Part shown: in pieces, positions 20,801 through 26,630 of the stretch
Layout of the letters: every line of letters starts with the position of its first letter
How positions within the stretch are numbered: position 1 is the stretch's first letter
Assembly: GCA_900617105.1 (NCBI GenBank)
Contig: UYFQ01000806.1
Span: forward strand, 62,001 to 88,630
Direction: 5' to 3'
DNA length: 26,630 nt
Origin: Hydrurus foetidus
Lineage: Eukaryota
Program-made: the position numbers and the translations under genes
The notes under the pieces: generated by a model
What the model saw: the letters and a program-made list of their open reading frames with translations, nothing else
What the model was told of the DNA's origin: nothing
Database searches by the model: none

Positions 20801-23201
20801 TTTCTTGTTACTGATCCGCGTCTCATCCCATGGATTGACTGCAATGATTATGCATATATAAGATGTTTACAACTGCTGAAACAAGTGGAATCATCGAAAT
20901 TGCTGTCAAACTGTAGATTAGTGGTATTTTTACCTGCTCTATAGGGGAACTGTGGGAGGCGCGAGAAATCATATTTCTTGTTACTGATCCGCGTCTCATC
21001 CCATGGATTGACTGCAATGATTATGCATATATAAGATGTTTACAACTGCTGAAACAAGTGCAATCATCGAAATTGCTGTCAAACTGTAGATTTTTGGTAT
21101 TTTTACCTGCTCTATAGGGGAACTGTGGGAGGCGCGAGAAATCATATTTCTTGTTACTGATCCGCGTCTCATCCCATGGATTGACTGCAATGATTATGCA
21201 TATATAAGATGTTTACAACTGCTGAAACAAGTGGAATCATCGAAATTGCTGTCAAACTGTAGATTTGTGGTATTTTTACCTGCTCTATAGGGGAACTGTG
21301 GGAGGCGCGAGAAATCATATTTCTTGTTACTGATCCGCGTCTCATCCCATGGATTGACTGCAATGATTATGCATATATAAGATGTTTACAACTGCTGAAA
21401 CAAGTGCAATCATCGAAATTGCTGTCAAACTGTAGATTTGTGGTATTTTTACCTGCTCTATAGGGGAACTGTGGGAGGCGCGAGAAATCATATTTCTTGT
21501 TACTGATCCGCGTCTCATCCCATGGATTGACTGCAATGATTATGCATATATAAGATGTTTACAACTGCTGAAACAAGTGGAATCATCGAAATTGCTGTCA
21601 AACTGTAGATTTGTGGTATTTTTACCTGCTCTATAGGGGAACTGTGGGAGGCGCGAGAAATCATATTTCTTGTTACTGATCCGCGTCTCATCCCATGGAT
21701 TGACTGCAATGATTATGCATATATAAGATGTTTACAACTGCTGAAACAATTGGAATCATCGAAATTGCTGTCAAACTGTAGATTTGTGGTATTTTTACCT
21801 GCTCTATAGGGGAACTGTGGGAGGCGCGAGAAATCATATTTCTTGTTACTGATCCGCGTCTCATCCCATGGATTGACTGCAATGATTATGCATATATAAG
21901 ATGTTTACAACTGCTGAAACAAGTGGAATCATCGAAATTGCTGTCAAACTGTAGATTTGTGGTATTTTTACCTGCTCTATAGGGGAACTGTGGGAGGCGC
22001 GAGAAATCATATTTCTTGTTACTGATCCGCGTCTCATCCCATGGATTGACTGCAATGATTATGCATATATAAGATGTTTACAACTGCTGAAACAAGTGGA
22101 ATCATCGAAATTGCTGTCAAACTGTGGATTATTGGTATTTTGTACCTGCTCTATAGGGGAACTTGTGGGAGCGCGAGAAATCATATTTCTTGTTACTGAT
22201 CCGCGTCTCATCCCATGGATTGACTGCAATGATTATGCATATATAAGATGTTTACAACTGCTGAAACAAGTGGAATCATCGAAATTGCTGTCAAACTGTA
22301 GATTTTTGGTATTTTTACCTGCTCTATAGGGGAACTGTGGGAGGCGCGAGAAATCATATTTCTTGTTACTGATCCGCGTCTCATCCCATGGATTGACTGC
22401 AATGATTATGCATATATAAGATGTTTACAACTGCTGAAACAAGTGGAATCATCGAAATTGCTGTCAAACTGTAGATTTTTGGTATTTTTACCTGCTCTAT
22501 AGGGGAACTGTGGGAGGCGCGAGAAATCATATTTCTTGTTACTGATCCGCGTCTCATCCCATGGATTGACTGCAATGATTATGCATATATAAGATGTTTA
22601 CAACTGCTGAAACAAGTGGAATCATCGAAATTGCTGTCAAACTGTAGATTTTTGGTATTTTTACCTGCTCTATAGGGGAACTGTGGGAGGCGCGAGAAAT
22701 CATATTTCTTGTTACTGATCCGCGTCTCATCCCATGGATTGACTGCAATGATTATGCATATATAAGATGTTTACAACTGCTGAAACAAGTGGAATCATCG
22801 AAATTGCTGTCAAACTGTAGATTTTTGGTATTTTTACCTGCTCTATAGGGGAACTGTGGGAGGCGCGAGAAATCATATTTCTTGTTACTGATCCGCGTCT
22901 CATCCCATGGATTGACTGCAATGATTATGCATATATAAGATGTTTACAACTGCTGAAACAAGTGGAATCATCGAAATTGCTGTCAAACTGTAGATTTGTG
23001 GTATTTTTACCTGCTCTATAGGGGAACTGTGGGAGGCGCGAGAAATCATATTTCTTGTTACTGATCCGCGTCTCATCCCATGGATTGACTGCAATGATTA
23101 TGCATATATAAGATGTTTACAACTGCTGAAACAAGTGGAATCATCGAAATTGCTGTCAAACTGTAGATTTGTGGTATTTTTACCTGCTCTATAGGGGAAC
23201 T
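17805..23201. repeat. 173-bp tandem satellite, about 31 near-identical copies
   Basis: Unit gatttttggtatttttacctgctctataggggaactgtgggaggcgcgag...ctgtcaaactgta; the 64-aa ORF recurs every 173 bp. Confidence 0.98.
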
Positions 23202-23207
23202 ATGCTG

Positions 23208-23525
23208 TGTCACGGTTCAGCAAACTGGCTGAAGATGAAACGTTGTTTCTGGAGTTGAGCAAATCGGCTCAACTGGAGATCTTGTCAGACTACTTGGACT
23301 GATCAAGGCGGTTGGTTGACTCAAAGGAGTCGAAGTCGGTTGGAGTTTATTAACGGTAGTTATTAAGATGTGAAAGGAGTGTGAGATTAGCTACGATAGA
23401 GTGCAACTCGAGTTGACGTTGTCGAACAGTCAGAGACCGAAAACTGGTTCGAAAAACTAATGGTTACAACTAACGTGCGATTTGTCAGTACATACGTGCA
23501 TGCAATATATAGTGTAACTATAACA
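23208..23525 (-). repeat. Putative 3' LTR (about 318 bp) of the second Gypsy element
   Basis: The minus strand begins TGTTATAG right after a purine tract and ends CCGTGACA. The partner LTR is outside the window, so the boundary is unverified. Confidence 0.62.
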
Positions 23526-23537
23526 CCACCCTCCTCC
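23526..23537 (-). other. Polypurine tract of the second Gypsy element
   Basis: Minus-strand GGAGGAGGGTGG directly precedes TGTTA. Confidence 0.7.
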
Positions 23538-23658
23538 GGATGAAATGAATTGATTGTGTGAAGTGGAAATTAAGAAATACAAATAGTTAAGTACATCTCA
23601 GTGAGTTCGTTAAAGTATTTGCATCGCGATAAAAGCTTCTTGAAAAAAACATAAAATA

Positions 23659-23734
23659 ATTGTCTGCGCGGTAAAATCGAACCCGGAACCCTGAAACAAT
23701 AACTAGGCCTCATCACCACGGCACCAAAAACAAC
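23659..23734 (-). other. Degenerate tRNA-like / Pol III box A-box B sequence
   Basis: A 76-nt span with ends GTTGTTT/AGACAAT able to pair, A-box-like TGGTGCCGTGG, B-box-like GGTTCGATT and downstream T runs. D and anticodon arms are not convincing. Confidence 0.35.
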
Positions 23735-24482
23735 TTATGTGCCCTGAAGTGGAAAATATAGATATATATATGAACATAACAGTGTATGATGTGTATTATT
23801 GTTGTGACGGTTTTTAATTTTTTGGTCAGTTGCGATGACGACGTTTTTTTTGATTATTTTTGTTGTGACGATGGTATTGAGGTTGCAGTTGACGTAAAAA
23901 AAAAAAAAAAAAAACATTTTTTTGAAGTGAGATATATACATCAATATAGATCGGATGATCACAATTTTTTCGAGGTACAATGGAGGACATAGTTAAGTGG
24001 CCACTCAGTGAAAACATGTGATATTTGGGAAAGCGAAAAAAGAGAGCGACAAGCACAAGAATGGGATCAAGAGATTGAAGAAGCTGGAGAAGGATGGCGA
24101 AGAGGATGAGATCGAGAAATTGTATGCAGAAGCGGCAGACGGGTGGAGTGCGGTAGATCATGCAGTAGGCATTAGAGTGGATGAAAATTTGAATGCAACA
24201 CTAATTTGTAATGGATGTGTTAAGGGCGCGAAAAAATTTTCAATCGTGAATTTAGCAGATAGAATGGAAGATGTTTGCATATGTTATGAGTATGATTTGG
24301 TGGAAATTTAAGATATAAAAAAAATATTTTTGTCGGGTTTACACCCTTTTGATCGGTTAACTGTGGAGGACCTGCGAAAGGCCTGGTAGTACCTGAGTGC
24401 CTGGAGCATTACGATACATGATAGATCAAAACTTGAAATTGACGGAAACTGCATTTGGATCGCCGGACAGGAGAAACACAGG

Positions 24483-26630
24483 TTAGTCTTGATCGTATTG
24501 TCTTGGAATAATTGTTTTCATGTTGTTTTCCGAAGGTATGTATGTACTGCCGATACTGATTTCATCTCTGCCCATGGTTCCAAGTGTCGTGTTCCGAAGA
24601 GTAGTTATGCCAGCGTACAAGGAATTTAAGAGTGCTGACTTTTTTCGGATTGCCACGATGAGTAACGATTGAATCGACGATGTACTCATCTCGGTCAAGG
24701 AGTGCAGTGGTGTATGCTTCGGCGGCAGAGCCGATGAAAGGTGAGACTCGACTTGCGTGCAATTTGTGAACAATGTTAGTGATAACATTTTTACAACTGA
24801 TTTCGTTCTTTGTCTGATGCAGAACTTTGTAAGGTCCGAGCATTCGAGGCGAAAGCTTAGATGAACGGAAGGAATGCGAGTTTTAGAGCGGATTCCAGAG
24901 TATAAAGTCATCAGGTTGGAACTTGTTTTGGAATGCGGGAGGCGTTAAAGACTGCCGTTTAAGCCGTAGGGATTTTTGGTAGTCAGAGGTCACAGATCTT
25001 ACAATAGAGAGATTATGGTCAAGCGAAGTGACAAGTTCGTTGTAGGTGTGACCTGGCGAAAGCGGATCGGGCAATTTGAAACGAGAGTGATCTCGTGTGC
25101 CAAATTTAAGTTCTATTGGAGAGACACCTCCTATTTCTGCATTGGGCATCGTCATCAAGGCATGATTGATGAGTGGGAGAACTGTGTCTGATGCCCACTT
25201 GTGAGTGAAGCGTTCATCGTGGACTAGGCGACGTAGGTGTCCAAGGAACAGTGCGTTGACATGCTCAGTACCGTTGGACTCGTGGCGGCCGACAAGTGAT
25301 ACATGGTGAGGTACACCAATCCATTTGTTTAGTTGGTCAAGGACGTCTGAGGTGAAGGCGCTACCCGGATCGGAATAAAGGGAGTCGTAAGATCCGAAGG
25401 TACAGTAGTGTTTGAAGAGTACTGTTGCAACTGTCTGTGCGGTATAATCACGCACCGGATAAGCTTGGGGAAACTTTGTGTCGAGTTCAACAACAAGTAA
25501 TAAGCCGATGTAACCGTCCTCATCTGCAGGTGTGACAGAGACGTGGTCGATGCCGATGGAACGGGGGTGGTGGAAGACTGTTTCGCGAATCTCATTGTTT
25601 GGAATGAGTTGCATTGGAAGGCGATCTTTTTGACACACGGGACATTCGGCAACCAGATCTTGGACGACGCGGAGTGGAATCCCGTGACCAGGAAATCGAT
25701 GACAGAGGGAAAGATAGGTGCGTTTTGCGCCATGGTGCAAGGATCGTCCTCCATGGACAGTATTGAACATATCCATGACTGTTGCAGGTGTTGAAATGGT
25801 AGAAAGGGATGATTGTGCTGTTGAAGGTAGCTGGTGCATTCGTGATAGCCAATCTGCCACAGTGTTATCTTTACCGGGAATATGTTTGATTTCGAAGACA
25901 TAGCTCTGAAGGAGTACCCGCCAGCGAACGACAATTGGGACTTGACTGGTTTCTATCCAGACTAGATTACGGTGGTCGGTCTCTAGTAGGAATGGTTTAC
26001 CTCGAAGATAGTAACTAAACTGAGTGACAGCAAAGTATAATCCGTAAGCTTCCTTTTTGAAGGTGTCCCAATTGATAGCGGCGCCAGAATATTTGTGTGA
26101 GGCGAATGCTATCGGTTGATGGATGAGAGAACCTTGAGGGTTTATGAATTCTTGGAACAAGACAGCACCTACGGCATGATCGGAGGAGTCCGATCGGATT
26201 ACCCAAGGTAGAGTGTAATCTGGAAAATGCAGTGTTACTGACTGTGTGATGGCTATTTTGAAGAGTTCAAATAGGTGTTTATAGTTGGTTTTCCATGTAG
26301 AGCTGTCCCAGTTGAAGCTAGCAGCAGTGCATTCGTATAACGCAGATGCCCATGAGGCGAAGTTGGGAATGTGGGTATGAAAAAAGTTTGCTGCTCCTAA
26401 GAAACTTTGCATTTGTTTCTGTGTTGTAGGGAAGACCATAGAGGAGATGGCAGCTTTGCGTGCGTCTGAGAGCTGCCAAGATCCTGGGTGAACTTCGTAG
26501 CCGAAGAAAGTGACAACGTCGGTCCCGATCCACGATTTTTTCATCTTTAAAACCAGACCGTATCTTTGGCAGCGACGTAGTACTTCTTCAAGTTTACTGT
26601 AAGCATCCTTGTAATCGGAGGCGAGAATAA
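24483..26630 (-). pseudogene. pol: Pol of the second Gypsy element (RT C-terminus, RNase H, integrase, GPY, chromodomain), disrupted near its 3' end
   Basis: The frame is open from the window edge. Motifs: SFLGAANFF, SDSSDHAVG, TDHRNL, ADWLSR, H-H-CPVC, IDH, SDPGSAF, EHVN, GPY, FLVRWHNYSSEHDTW. There is an in-frame TAA at 24885-24883 and two 1-base losses in the chromodomain tail. Confidence 0.92.

Larger units (their letters stand above)
23208..26630 (-). mobile_element. Second Ty3/Gypsy chromodomain retrotransposon, 3' portion, running off the window end
   Basis: Minus-strand RT/RH/INT/chromo, then a 3' UTR, a PPT and a TGTTA...TGACA-bounded segment. Confidence 0.88.

Noticed and set aside
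17805..23201. CRISPR array, or a tandem family of 64-aa genes
   Set aside because: There are no unique spacers and the whole 173-bp unit repeats. The 64-aa ORFs start at TTG, overlap each other and are a by-product of the periodicity.

Overview
Eukaryotic, intron-containing, transposon-dense DNA made of nested elements. The genes have short GT-AG introns of 63-199 bp, and the host taxon cannot be determined from this window. From left to right: (1) A multi-exon SPRY-domain gene on the minus strand (about 551-3313). (2) A complete Mutator/MULE DNA transposon (3458-17072) with 77-bp TIRs and a perfect 9-bp TSD, GGTACAGAG. Its six-exon transposase can be rebuilt by hand into an uninterrupted 923-aa ORF. 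It carries a CW-type zinc finger, a putative histone-H3K4me reader, on its own exon inside the DDE catalytic core. The element also holds a degenerate LRR gene fragment. (3) A young chromodomain Ty3/Gypsy element (7434-16341) inserted into exon 1 of that transposase, with 207-bp LTRs differing at one base and a 4-bp TSD, GCAG. (4) A degenerate PIF1-family helicase 3' end, probably Helitron-type (17486-17752), missed by the ORF track. (5) About 31 copies of a 173-bp satellite (17805-23201) whose unit appears to come from that helicase's upstream coding sequence plus a splice donor. (6) The 3' half of a second, minus-strand chromodomain Gypsy element (23208 to window end). Several Pol frameshifts and one deletion-riddled duplication look like long-read consensus errors. 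All domain calls are by eye; no searches were run.
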